A DNA stretch of 32,000 bases from Candidatus Hermodarchaeota archaeon (GCA_048886185.1 JBHLKY010000001.1:1-32000); one strand, 5' to 3'. Positions 17,305-26,609 are shown, counted from the first letter of the stretch. The notes: generated from the letters alone by a model not told the origin. Program-made: numbers and translations.

Positions 17305-18645
17305 TTATCTATTGCGATGTTGTCGTTTAATCAGGGTGATGATGAGTACCCAGCTAATGAGTCCAATGAGAATAATTTCCATCTCAAATCCTGGGGCTCC
17401 ACCGAAATCTACGCTTGAAGGTTTATCAAGGACATTATCTGTTTCAAGTACCACACGAATATACATCTGATGGGCAATCTCATCTGCATCTTGGATTTCG
17501 AATTCACATAAGTAGTAGCTGTCTATCGATGTGGTACTATCCCATGTATATTCGTAGGTGATCCACTCTTCAATGTTTCCACTGCTACTCAAAGATACAG
17601 ATAATTCTTTTCGTGCTCCATTACTGTCAGGTTCATCTGTGCTTGGATCATAATCGTCTAATGCATAAACTGTGAAAGTAACTGAAGATATCCCGTTATC
17701 ATCTTTTACAGCCACCATAAAGTAAATATCATCTGATTCTGCTTTATAATCTGAGGGTTCCACTTCAGTAAGGTTCTCAGGAAGATCAGAATAACTGAGG
17801 CTCCATTCAGGAGGGTCTTTCTTCTCTACAACTGGTTTTTCTTCTCCTTCTAAAACGAAAAAGTCAATTTTCTCTCTGATTATATGTTGATCATCATCTA
17901 TATCTGTTGCGGTCACATTAAGCCAATGGGTGCCAATAAATAACTTGGAAACATTGTATAAGTAGTAATAATAACCTGATGCATCGTCATAGGTCATGAG
18001 TTGGCTTGCACGACGATCGATTTGCGCTTTCACTTCGAGAAGCCCCAGGTCATCTGTAACGCTAACTTGGAATAAATATAAGCCTTCCAAGGTCTCATTA
18101 CTAGTACTGGGAGTAATAAAATCAATTGTTGGGGGATTAGTAACAGCTCCGATTGCGGTAAATCCAAATACCGCTGAATTCCAATTTCCTGATCTATCAC
18201 CTGCATAAACATATAATAGGTATTTTCCCTCCGTTGTTGGTAGATCCACCTTGTAAATGAAATCCTCGTCTGACTCTTCTAATGTGGTATTACTACTATC
18301 GGTACCCCAATGGTAACGGACGTCAGTTGCTTTGTTATCATCAAAGGGATTATTATCTATTATGCTGATACGAATTGTGGTGCCTCCTGGAGTAAAGGAA
18401 TTATTAGCAGGTGAGGCGAGTTGTATTGAGGGAGGAGTGGTGTCCGTATGACCACAACACGCATCTTGTTGAATATCCTTCACTTTCCCTTGTGATTCTT
18501 CTGTTATAATAAGATCATCATAAATATCTCTATTTCCACCATTCGAAGAATCTGCAGCTATTCCAATGATAAATAATCCTCCGATATAGGCAGAAATGGT
18601 AATTATGGTAATTAATAGCACTGAACGAGTCAATTTTTGGTTCAA
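17305..18645 (-). CDS. Surface protein with three Ig-like domains and a PGF-CTERM-type archaeosortase signal
   Basis: Signal peptide; domains open with DTTPP, TNPPT, KDPPE; ends GAPGFE + TM + KRQHRNR. Confidence 0.8.
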   Translation of the reverse strand: MNQKLTRSVLLITIITISAYIGGLFIIGIAADSSNGGNRDIYDDLIITEESQGKVKDIQQDACCGHTDTTPPSIQLASPANNSFTPGGTTIRISIIDNNPFDDNKATDVRYHWGTDSSNTTLEESDEDFIYKVDLPTTEGKYLLYVYAGDRSGNWNSAVFGFTAIGAVTNPPTIDFITPSTSNETLEGLYLFQVSVTDDLGLLEVKAQIDRRASQLMTYDDASGYYYYLYNVSKLFIGTHWLNVTATDIDDDQHIIREKIDFFVLEGEEKPVVEKKDPPEWSLSYSDLPENLTEVEPSDYKAESDDIYFMVAVKDDNGISSVTFTVYALDDYDPSTDEPDSNGARKELSVSLSSSGNIEEWITYEYTWDSTTSIDSYYLCEFEIQDADEIAHQMYIRVVLETDNVLDKPSSVDFGGAPGFEMEIILIGLISWVLIITLIKRQHRNR

Positions 18646-18728
18646 TTTCGTGTCTCCTTTTTTTTCGGAATGTAAGAGTTCAATTTTTGAGAGATCTGAC
18701 TGGATATTAAAAAAGTCCTTTATCCATT

Positions 18729-18743
18729 AGTAACCCGATTACT
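18729..18743. promoter_or_regulatory. Palindromic operator AGTAA-CCCGA-TTACT
   Basis: 14/15 identical to the 1366 site; degenerate adjacent copy GGTTA-CTTGA-TTATT at 18748-18762; divergent promoter region. Confidence 0.65.
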
Positions 18744-18866
18744 GAAAGGTTACTTGATTATTCTCATCTTAGCAAATGTTCATAATCTCAATTATTGGCC
18801 TTAAACAAGAATTATCTTTAGCTTAATGTACTTTCTTACGATCTACTCTCTGTTCACTTTTCCCTC

Positions 18867-19634
18867 TTGCACTTCTCTATGGAAATGAAGAAAAATAAAA
18901 ACATAAGGTTGGTTATAAATTTGAGTCGGTTTATTAAAATTCTCTATGCATTGACTGGTGCTGCAGCTGCCATTGGTATTGTTAGTGCTATAGGTAGTAC
19001 CTGTGTTTCCCTTGATCCTTATTGGCAAAAAGCCACGTTCGCTATTGCAGGGGAATACTCAGAAGTTTGGTTTGTCACTTATTTTGTGACATGGTTTGCC
19101 GCGATTGTTTGGGGCATACTGTTCTGGGCGTTGCGCGCCCGTAAATCATGGTTCTATCCTCTTGCTATTATAAATAGTATTCTGGGTTTTATTGGCAGAG
19201 GTGTTCCTGCCATTCTCATGTCTATTGGCTTTTTCTCGAAACCTCGGACAGGATTGCTGTTCACTCCTTCGTGGGCTTCAGCTTTACTTAATTTGGCTAT
19301 TCTTATTATTTTGCTAATTCCTGCTTTCAAACAACAAGTTAAAAACCATCTGGAAAGCGTTGGTACTTCTTCTGGTGGTAGTGTTGGTTCTCAGGTGTCT
19401 GAATTTGCTTCAGTGCTCTTTGGTTTTGGGATTGTAATGCTTCTTCAGCCATTAATTATGCCTACTCACATTATTGATGGGGTGAATATTGCCTCTTCTT
19501 ATGGGTATCTTTTAGCCTCTGGACTTCTTCAGTTTTATGGCGGGTTGTCCTGTCTTGTACTGGGAATTCTTACACGAATTGCAGGTCGCTTACTAACTAT
19601 TTATTCCTCTAAACCTTTACCTTTAGAAGCTTAA
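18867..19634 (+). CDS. Hypothetical polytopic membrane protein
   Basis: About 6-7 TM; first gene of the plus-strand run; true start may be the ATG at 18882. Confidence 0.75.
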   Translation: MHFSMEMKKNKNIRLVINLSRFIKILYALTGAAAAIGIVSAIGSTCVSLDPYWQKATFAIAGEYSEVWFVTYFVTWFAAIVWGILFWALRARKSWFYPLAIINSILGFIGRGVPAILMSIGFFSKPRTGLLFTPSWASALLNLAILIILLIPAFKQQVKNHLESVGTSSGGSVGSQVSEFASVLFGFGIVMLLQPLIMPTHIIDGVNIASSYGYLLASGLLQFYGGLSCLVLGILTRIAGRLLTIYSSKPLPLEA

Positions 19635-19685
19635 GAAGGTTCTAATTAGAAAACAACAGTCTATATTCAGTCTATATTAATTGAA

Positions 19686-21284
19686 GTGGTGACTAAAATG
19701 ACAACTGTACAAAAAACAGAAGGAATAATTCCATGGTTAAAGTATAAAATTAATTATGGGTTGACTTTTAAGGGTATGATCACATTTACAATTGTTTGGG
19801 AGTTCTGTATCATACTCTTCTTATCCACTTTTTCCGAACCCATCAAGCTCGTCTTAGGACAACCATTATTTCCCATAACATTAGATCCTGATCCCATTGA
19901 GAAAGCGGGTCGTCTTGTCATGATTTATCATTCGATTGCGGTGCCGTTCATTGCTACTTGTACCTATTTTGTCATGGAAATTATGGATGTAAGAGAGAAA
20001 TTAAAATCCCGTATCAAATTCCCATTATTTTTTGGGAGTATTTTAGCTTCCGCAAATGCTGTATTATTTACGTATATCTTTCCAGAGGCGTGGATCCTCC
20101 ACGGCTTGTACTTGGTTGGATTGTCTCTCTGTTTTTATGCTGGTATCCTACTACTGATTGGGGTTTTTCCAACAAAATCTTTTCCACCTCGTGATTCAGA
20201 AAATAGTCGTAATATTTTATTAGAACAAGTTGCATTAACATTACTTGCTATCTGTATCTTAATAAGCGTTGTTCTTGGAGCATCGGTTGGAGCTTTTTTT
20301 GGTCAAGAAGGTTTATCAGTAATGCTAGCAGAATATTTCCTCAGACATGATATGTATCCTTATGAGGTTGCAGAGCTCTTTATCGATGCCATTAAAGCCC
20401 ATCTGCATGTCATGCTCGCGTTAATCGACGTAATTATTCTGTTAGTGGTCTATCGGTACACTGTGACTAACCAAAAAGGTAGATGGCATCTCATATCTAT
20501 GATTCTTGTTATTCCAGGAATGCTCATCCTATCATTAGGTGCTTGGTTTGTAACTCTCAACTCTGTAGTTGATTGGCCATTTGATATGCATTATCTAATC
20601 TATGTGGGATCTGCGATTCTCGTAACTGTGGGTGTCATACTCGCTTTCACTGGGTGGAGTAAAACAAGCAAAGAAATCCTTGGTGATGCTTATGAATCAG
20701 CTTCTTGGTTCACTCGTACCAAAGCTGTTTTCAAAGCTCCAGTCAAATTTGCTCTGTACTTCCAATTTATCTGGGTAAATTTTGTCATGACTTTTGGTGG
20801 GATATTCCTTGCGCTTAGTCTTCGAGGATCTACTGATCCAGAAGGTGCCTCACCTCTAACAAACGTTTTAGGACTAGTTTCGTTTCGAGATGGCCCACTA
20901 GCGATTGAAACTACAGTAGCACGTGGTCATTGGCACGTTTTAGCTACTTTATCTGCAATTATTTTACTCCTCCTCTGTATTGACATACTGGACATACAAG
21001 GTTTAGCACGAAAGGTAATGGCTTGGTTGTTGTTTGCTGGAAGTATTTTGGCATTTGGATTTGCATTAATTTATTTGTATTTTCCACACCTTGACCAGAC
21101 TTGGGCAACAAATTTAACTAAATATGCAGATGTACAGGAATTCTGGGATGCTACGGCATTTTGGTTACCTCTTGTCATTGATCTTGGAATAATGCTGTTT
21201 GTCATTGCATTAGTCATCTTTTGTTTCTATCAGTTAATCGAAATTATCAAAGGAAGAAAAGATGTTATTAATTTTCCAGAATAA
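19686..21284 (+). CDS. 12-TM heme-copper-oxidase-fold homologue with non-canonical His set
   Basis: 12 hydrophobic helices in three 4-helix units; His in TM2 (H82), TM6 (H239xH241), TM10 (GHWH, H415/H417), TM4 (H139), TM8 (H302). ORF is certain; family is by eye. Confidence 0.6.
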   Translation: MVTKMTTVQKTEGIIPWLKYKINYGLTFKGMITFTIVWEFCIILFLSTFSEPIKLVLGQPLFPITLDPDPIEKAGRLVMIYHSIAVPFIATCTYFVMEIMDVREKLKSRIKFPLFFGSILASANAVLFTYIFPEAWILHGLYLVGLSLCFYAGILLLIGVFPTKSFPPRDSENSRNILLEQVALTLLAICILISVVLGASVGAFFGQEGLSVMLAEYFLRHDMYPYEVAELFIDAIKAHLHVMLALIDVIILLVVYRYTVTNQKGRWHLISMILVIPGMLILSLGAWFVTLNSVVDWPFDMHYLIYVGSAILVTVGVILAFTGWSKTSKEILGDAYESASWFTRTKAVFKAPVKFALYFQFIWVNFVMTFGGIFLALSLRGSTDPEGASPLTNVLGLVSFRDGPLAIETTVARGHWHVLATLSAIILLLLCIDILDIQGLARKVMAWLLFAGSILAFGFALIYLYFPHLDQTWATNLTKYADVQEFWDATAFWLPLVIDLGIMLFVIALVIFCFYQLIEIIKGRKDVINFPE

Positions 21285-21331
21285 GTAACTCTACTTATTC
21301 AACATCTTTTCAATCGTGGAATGACTCCTAC

Positions 21332-22276
21332 ATGAATGAAGCGGATTCCCCTTCGCAGGAATATGAACAACTAGTACCCCCATTATATCCCCCGCTCTCT
21401 ATTTCTACTTATGGTGAACTGATTAAAAGCAAGCAAACATTTCTTCTACTCTATACAGCAATATTTGCTTATTTTATTAGTGCTTGGCAGGCAGGTTTCG
21501 ACTTGTGGGCTTTTCTTTGGTTCACTGTAAGTCTTTTCTTTGCAATTTCTGGGTCAACACTCCTCAATATGTATGTTGATCGTGATATTGATGCTTTAAT
21601 GGAAAGAACAAAGCAACGTCCTTTGCCTAGTAGGCGTATTCCTCCCTCAACTGTATTAAAACATGGAATTCTTTTCACAGTAGCAGGTACAGTTGTAGTA
21701 GGTATATTTACTAATATTATTACGATGATCGTCGTTTTTTTGGGATTCTTCTTTGATGTAGTGGTTTACTCATTGTTGTTAAAACGACGAACTAGAGTAT
21801 CAATTATTTTTGGTGGTATTGCTGGAGGACTCCCAGCTATTGCTGGCCGAACTGCAGTTCTGGGCTATATTGATCTTCCTGCAATATTGATGGGATTCTT
21901 TGTCTTATGTTGGATTCCCTTACATATACTCACGCTTGCTCTGATTCCAAAAAATCTAGAAGGGTATAAGAATGCGAGGGTTCCCATGTGGCCAGTGGTC
22001 AGTAGCCAAACCCAGACAATACGTGTTGTAACATCATCAGCAATTTTAAGTGCTTCCATTGTTGTCTTGACTGGAATAAGCTTACAAATAAATTTTCTCG
22101 TTCTTTTCCCATTAATTTTGTTCTGTGCCTTCATCCTCTTTCAAGCTTTTGCTAATCTTAAACAACCATCTCAACCAAGAACATTTAAGATTTTTAAGTT
22201 AGCATCAATCTTTATGGCTTTTGCATTTCTCTGGTTATATGTAGGAGTGGTTTTAACTTCGTTTTTACCATTATAA
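21332..22276 (+). CDS. ctaB: Protoheme IX farnesyltransferase (heme O synthase), paralog 2
   Basis: Same motifs as 294..1247; roughly three-quarters identical by eye. Confidence 0.92.
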   Translation: MNEADSPSQEYEQLVPPLYPPLSISTYGELIKSKQTFLLLYTAIFAYFISAWQAGFDLWAFLWFTVSLFFAISGSTLLNMYVDRDIDALMERTKQRPLPSRRIPPSTVLKHGILFTVAGTVVVGIFTNIITMIVVFLGFFFDVVVYSLLLKRRTRVSIIFGGIAGGLPAIAGRTAVLGYIDLPAILMGFFVLCWIPLHILTLALIPKNLEGYKNARVPMWPVVSSQTQTIRVVTSSAILSASIVVLTGISLQINFLVLFPLILFCAFILFQAFANLKQPSQPRTFKIFKLASIFMAFAFLWLYVGVVLTSFLPL

Positions 22277-22359
22277 GGGCATTTAAGTCCAGTTTGGAGG
22301 TTTTTTCAGCTAATTATTTGAAGTAATGTTTATCAAAGCGATTTTAGTTGGACTAGTAA

Positions 22360-23586
22360 ATGAATTCAAATGAATATTCGGATACAATGAGGCAGGTCAT
22401 TATCCTCGGGATTATGGTATTAGTAACTATTTTAGCTCCAGCACTTCTCCACACAAATCAATTAGAGTTCATTGTGCTTCGATTCGGTGTTGATCTATTA
22501 GAGGCTTCTTATTTTGATACAGCCCTTTATGCCTCATACTTGGTTGGTGGAATATTAACTGCAATCTTGTCAAATCAGGTTGGAAAGCGAAAAATTTTCA
22601 TTTTAATTGGCAGTTTTGGTTCTTCAGTGTTCTTTCTTGTTATGACATTAACCCTGAATTATCCATTATTGTTGGTATTTCGATTCCTGCAAGGGAGTTT
22701 TACAGTGCTTTGTTGGCAGACTTTGATGACAGTTGTATTGGATTTGTCAACACCCCAAAATCGAGGGAAAAATATGGGAATTTTTGGAATGTTCTTAGCT
22801 TTAGCAATGGGGGCTGGTCCTGTATTAGGAGGCATATTTGCAGGGATTGGAGTTTTTGTCCCGTATTATGTTGCTACAATGTTGAGTCTATTTGTCTTTG
22901 TATTCTCACTTGTTCAATTGAAAGAACCAAAAAACCTTGTATCGAAACCCTCTGTCGTAGAGAATGTTAAGATTGTCTTTCAGAAACCCCGTCTCGTTAT
23001 TCCTGGCATATTCAACTTTGTTGATCGATTTCATATTGGTTTCATCTTAACCATACTTCCTCTCTTCTTACCCCTTGTGCTAGGTGTTGATGAAGAACTC
23101 AGAGGGATGGTTCTAGGTCTTTTTGCATTACCATTCATTATTTTACAGTACCCTGTGGGTAAATGGTCCGACCGAGTGGGTCGATACCGGCCTCTTATTT
23201 TTGGAAGTGTTAGTGTGGGGATAATGTTGACTATCATAGGATTTGTGGGGACTTTCGGGCTTTTTCCTTTAATTATCGGATTTATTATACTAGGAATTGG
23301 GAATGGATTTACAGGTCCACCTGCAATGGCCTTAGTAGGTGATATTGTTGAAGCTGACGATAATCCTACCAGCATGGGTTTTTTTAACCTATTGGGAAAT
23401 ATTGGAATAATAATGGGTCCATTAGTTGGTGGATTTCTGGTTCTTCCAGAAACAGAGTTATCTTTTGTTATTGCTTTTGTTGTTGCGGGTTTTATTGAAT
23501 TTATATCCCTCGCTGGAGTCATCTTGATAATTTTTTTTGTATTCAAGGAAAATCCTTTGATAACCAAACCTTTGAAGGAAAAGTAA
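22360..23586 (+). CDS. MFS transporter (DHA1-like)
   Basis: About 12 TM; motif A LSNQVGKRK and WSDRVGRYR; RFLQG; GPVLGG. Confidence 0.92.
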   Translation: MNSNEYSDTMRQVIILGIMVLVTILAPALLHTNQLEFIVLRFGVDLLEASYFDTALYASYLVGGILTAILSNQVGKRKIFILIGSFGSSVFFLVMTLTLNYPLLLVFRFLQGSFTVLCWQTLMTVVLDLSTPQNRGKNMGIFGMFLALAMGAGPVLGGIFAGIGVFVPYYVATMLSLFVFVFSLVQLKEPKNLVSKPSVVENVKIVFQKPRLVIPGIFNFVDRFHIGFILTILPLFLPLVLGVDEELRGMVLGLFALPFIILQYPVGKWSDRVGRYRPLIFGSVSVGIMLTIIGFVGTFGLFPLIIGFIILGIGNGFTGPPAMALVGDIVEADDNPTSMGFFNLLGNIGIIMGPLVGGFLVLPETELSFVIAFVVAGFIEFISLAGVILIIFFVFKENPLITKPLKEK

Positions 23587-23888
23587 CCAAAAAAAAGGTC
23601 TCTCAAAACAAGATTCTGAAATAAATATTTAGCAAAAATCATTTTTAATTGCTGAATGAAAGCTAAATATATATATTAGAAAGAATAAGATTAATTAAAT
23701 GACGCTAGATAAAGAGTATTCAACTTCTCTACGAAAAAATTAGAAAATGGAATAAAAATTGACTTTTAATTTTTATAGTCAAAACTTATAAACACATTTT
23801 ATCTAGTATTTTATGAAATAAATATAAATACTATAAGAAATATGTTAATCTTAAGGATATATCAGTAAACAAAAAGAAAGTGTAAATT

Positions 23889-24569
23889 TTGGGAATACAA
23901 GAAGAAAGTGGTCAATATTTATCTACTAGAGACAAAATTCTTCAATTCTTATTGCTGAATCGCGCATCCAACAATGCTAATACAATAAAAGAGATTGCAG
24001 ATGAGTTAGATATTAGCATAAACGCAACCAGACAATATCTAATTGTGTTGGAAAAAGAAGGATTTGTAACCAAAACTCAGAAGAAGGGGGAAAGTGGGCG
24101 TCCAGCGATGGAATATACCATCACTGAAGATGCTTTGAGTGTTTTTCCTAAAAATTATGCTGATTTCTCTGTAAAGTTGATCAATGAAATTAAACAGCGT
24201 ATTGGGGTTACAGAGACTGACAACATCCTAAGAGAAGTTGGAAAGCGGATCGCTGATGAAGTACGAGAGGAAGTTGAGGCAGAAATGAGTCCAGATAAAG
24301 ATTTAGATCCTCTACGAAACAAACTGGAAGCAATATCCAGAGTTTATATGAAGTATGGTAAATATCCGGAACTCATTGAGGACGATGATTCATATGCCCT
24401 AAAGAACTTAAACTGTTTAATCTATGATATTGCAAAAGCAGATCCATTAGTTTGTACTGTTGATGAAACTATTGTTACCGAGCTTGTAGGAGAAAAAGCA
24501 ATAAAAGAAAAGTGTTTGAGACAAGGCGATGAGTGTTGTCTCTATAGAATAAAGAAAAAGAAACCTTAG
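23889..24569 (+). CDS. SufR-like HTH regulator with Fe-S-type Cys motif, paralog 1
   Basis: HTH, GRPAMEY, FPKNY, NC-X12-C-x2-DE...C...GDECC; TTG start. Confidence 0.85.
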   Translation: MGIQEESGQYLSTRDKILQFLLLNRASNNANTIKEIADELDISINATRQYLIVLEKEGFVTKTQKKGESGRPAMEYTITEDALSVFPKNYADFSVKLINEIKQRIGVTETDNILREVGKRIADEVREEVEAEMSPDKDLDPLRNKLEAISRVYMKYGKYPELIEDDDSYALKNLNCLIYDIAKADPLVCTVDETIVTELVGEKAIKEKCLRQGDECCLYRIKKKKP

Positions 24570-24886
24570 TTTTTTGTTATTTCTTATGGCGTGAAATTTC
24601 CGAGCTTCAGTTATTTAAAGTTTTTTTGTCTTATTCTCTTTTTTAAATGAATTTTATCTGTTTTTAGTGTAAATTCTTCTTCTTTACTTACTCAATTGAG
24701 CTAAAGTGAGAAAAATTTTTCATCTTTCTTTAAGAAAAAAATGTAAAAAATGTAAAAAGATATATTTATTAATTAAATTGAATTAATTATGATACAGATA
24801 AAATCTTTCACAAAATCAACCCTACAATTTGAAATTCGATTTTATCTGAAGATGGCGCTTTGTGTGCTCTGTATGTGGATGTAAAG

Positions 24887-25849
24887 ATGAAAACCATTAG
24901 AAGGAAAATTAAAATATTTCTCTTTGTAACATTTTTTAGTTTAAGTAGTTTAACAGTTCTGAATGCACTAGGAAAAGTCTCTGCTGATCAGGTAGGCTTT
25001 ATAGCACCGAAAATTACCTTTCAAATCGATCTGAATGATGGACAAATTGCATCTTTCTGGTCCAAAATCAATTCGTATCAAGACATCACCGAATTTGGAG
25101 GAAGTGGTTTTGTGAAATTCGCGAATAATGGAACTCACCTGTTTGCTCTGCTAGTAAGCTCAAGTGATAATGTATGGATTTCAGTTGAATTTGAGCCAGA
25201 TTCCTCTTTGTGTATGAAGAATTTAAATGATGGTTGGTCTTTTTACATTAATAAGGATGAACAGACAGTTTTAGCTAAAGATGTTAAGTTCAGGGGTACT
25301 GTCATTCCAACAGATGATGCGAAAAATGATCTATCTATTGAAAGTATATTTTCAGAGGGTTTGGTCTATATTGAGACAATTCGATCTTTTGATACTTCAG
25401 ACTTAAATGGATATGATATTACTTTTCATAACGCTAGCACTAATTTTCTTAAGTTTGCGTCTGATAGGAATCATTTTGGTAATCATGAAATTTACTATCT
25501 CTATGTTTATATTCCTGCTGATCAACCTAGTAATGAAACAAGTGGTAGTGAAACAATAGAACCCACTGATCCCTATAATACCGAAACAACTGAAACAAGT
25601 GAGGAAATTATCGTCATTCCCACCGATATTCCTGATATTCCAATTCCAGAGGGAGTTGACCTAAATCAGGTGAAGTTTCTATTACTAGGTATCACCCCAT
25701 TTGGCATCTTTGGCTTTGTAAGTATTCATTTGATCCGTCGAGTTTTCTACAGTCCTATAAGTCACGATCACGGTAGGATAGTTTCAAGTTCGTGGAAAGC
25801 TCCTACATTTATCGAAAGATTCAAGGACACCTTTCTTTCTAAAAAATAG
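24887..25849 (+). CDS. Extracellular DOMON-like heme b-binding protein with C-terminal TM anchor
   Basis: Signal peptide; DLNDG..W, CMKNLNDGW (candidate Met ligand), ETIRSFDTSD..YDI, NHFGNH (candidate His ligand); Pro/Thr/Glu linker, TM. Confidence 0.7.
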   Translation: MKTIRRKIKIFLFVTFFSLSSLTVLNALGKVSADQVGFIAPKITFQIDLNDGQIASFWSKINSYQDITEFGGSGFVKFANNGTHLFALLVSSSDNVWISVEFEPDSSLCMKNLNDGWSFYINKDEQTVLAKDVKFRGTVIPTDDAKNDLSIESIFSEGLVYIETIRSFDTSDLNGYDITFHNASTNFLKFASDRNHFGNHEIYYLYVYIPADQPSNETSGSETIEPTDPYNTETTETSEEIIVIPTDIPDIPIPEGVDLNQVKFLLLGITPFGIFGFVSIHLIRRVFYSPISHDHGRIVSSSWKAPTFIERFKDTFLSKK

Positions 25850-25883
25850 GAGATTACACTCTTTTTTTCTTTTAAATAAATCG

Positions 25884-26609
25884 TTGGTAGCAAAAATGAC
25901 AACAGCATACATAAAGGATAATAAAAAAATAGAATCAGCGGATATCAGTGAGGACATTACCGTTGTAAGATATAATAATCTTCAGAGGATTCATCATTGG
26001 ATTCATGTTTTTATCATGATCTTCTTCTTCTTTACTGGATTCGAGTTATTTATTAAAGTGTATTTCGTTGGAGATTATTTCCTAACACGATCTCTTCATT
26101 TCATTTTAGGGATTTTCACTGGGTTTTGGGATATTATCTTTTTCGGTGCAATCCTAATTGGATATGGAAAAATCAATGAAATCATTCCTTATCCTAGAGA
26201 TTTCCTTGATATTGTCATAATTTTCCTTTGTGCAATAAAAATTCTTCCCGATGAGAAGTATCCTGAGTATGATTTTTACGTTAGAGAGAAACAGAAATAT
26301 GTTATGAAATATCACCCCCTTCAAAAGCTTCTAACAGTAAGTAATATTCTTATGATTTTTCTGATGGGAGTTACAGGTATTGTTCTTGCAGAGGAACTCG
26401 TTCCTGGATCTACGGGAATATTAAGTATTATAGGATCATTGGCATTTCCTTTTCAAATGTTTAAAATCGATCTTCGGTTCATCCACTTTGGTATCTATCT
26501 CTACTTTCTCTTTACTACATTAATTCACTTTTATTTTGCACTAATCCCCCAAAATCGACACCGTTTAAGGGGTATGGTGACTGGTAAAGAGAAAATTCCA
26601 ATTAATTAA
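25884..26609 (+). CDS. Di-heme cytochrome b, FdnI/HyaC type
   Basis: RYNNLQRIHHWIH, RSLHF, YHPLQK, and two His 14 residues apart in the last TM (FIHF...LIHF); ATG alternative at 25896. Confidence 0.88.
   Translation: MVAKMTTAYIKDNKKIESADISEDITVVRYNNLQRIHHWIHVFIMIFFFFTGFELFIKVYFVGDYFLTRSLHFILGIFTGFWDIIFFGAILIGYGKINEIIPYPRDFLDIVIIFLCAIKILPDEKYPEYDFYVREKQKYVMKYHPLQKLLTVSNILMIFLMGVTGIVLAEELVPGSTGILSIIGSLAFPFQMFKIDLRFIHFGIYLYFLFTTLIHFYFALIPQNRHRLRGMVTGKEKIPIN

Noticed and set aside
19686-21284. Heme A synthase CtaA, or a canonical CoxA/NorB
   Set aside because: No ExxHR motifs; no helix VII HH, HPxVY or HLWVEG
294-22276. Invertible segment bounded by the oppositely oriented ctaB copies
   Set aside because: Copies are too diverged at DNA level and no recombinase is present
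23031-23642. 203-aa minus-strand ORF
   Set aside because: Antisense shadow of the MFS gene; no motifs
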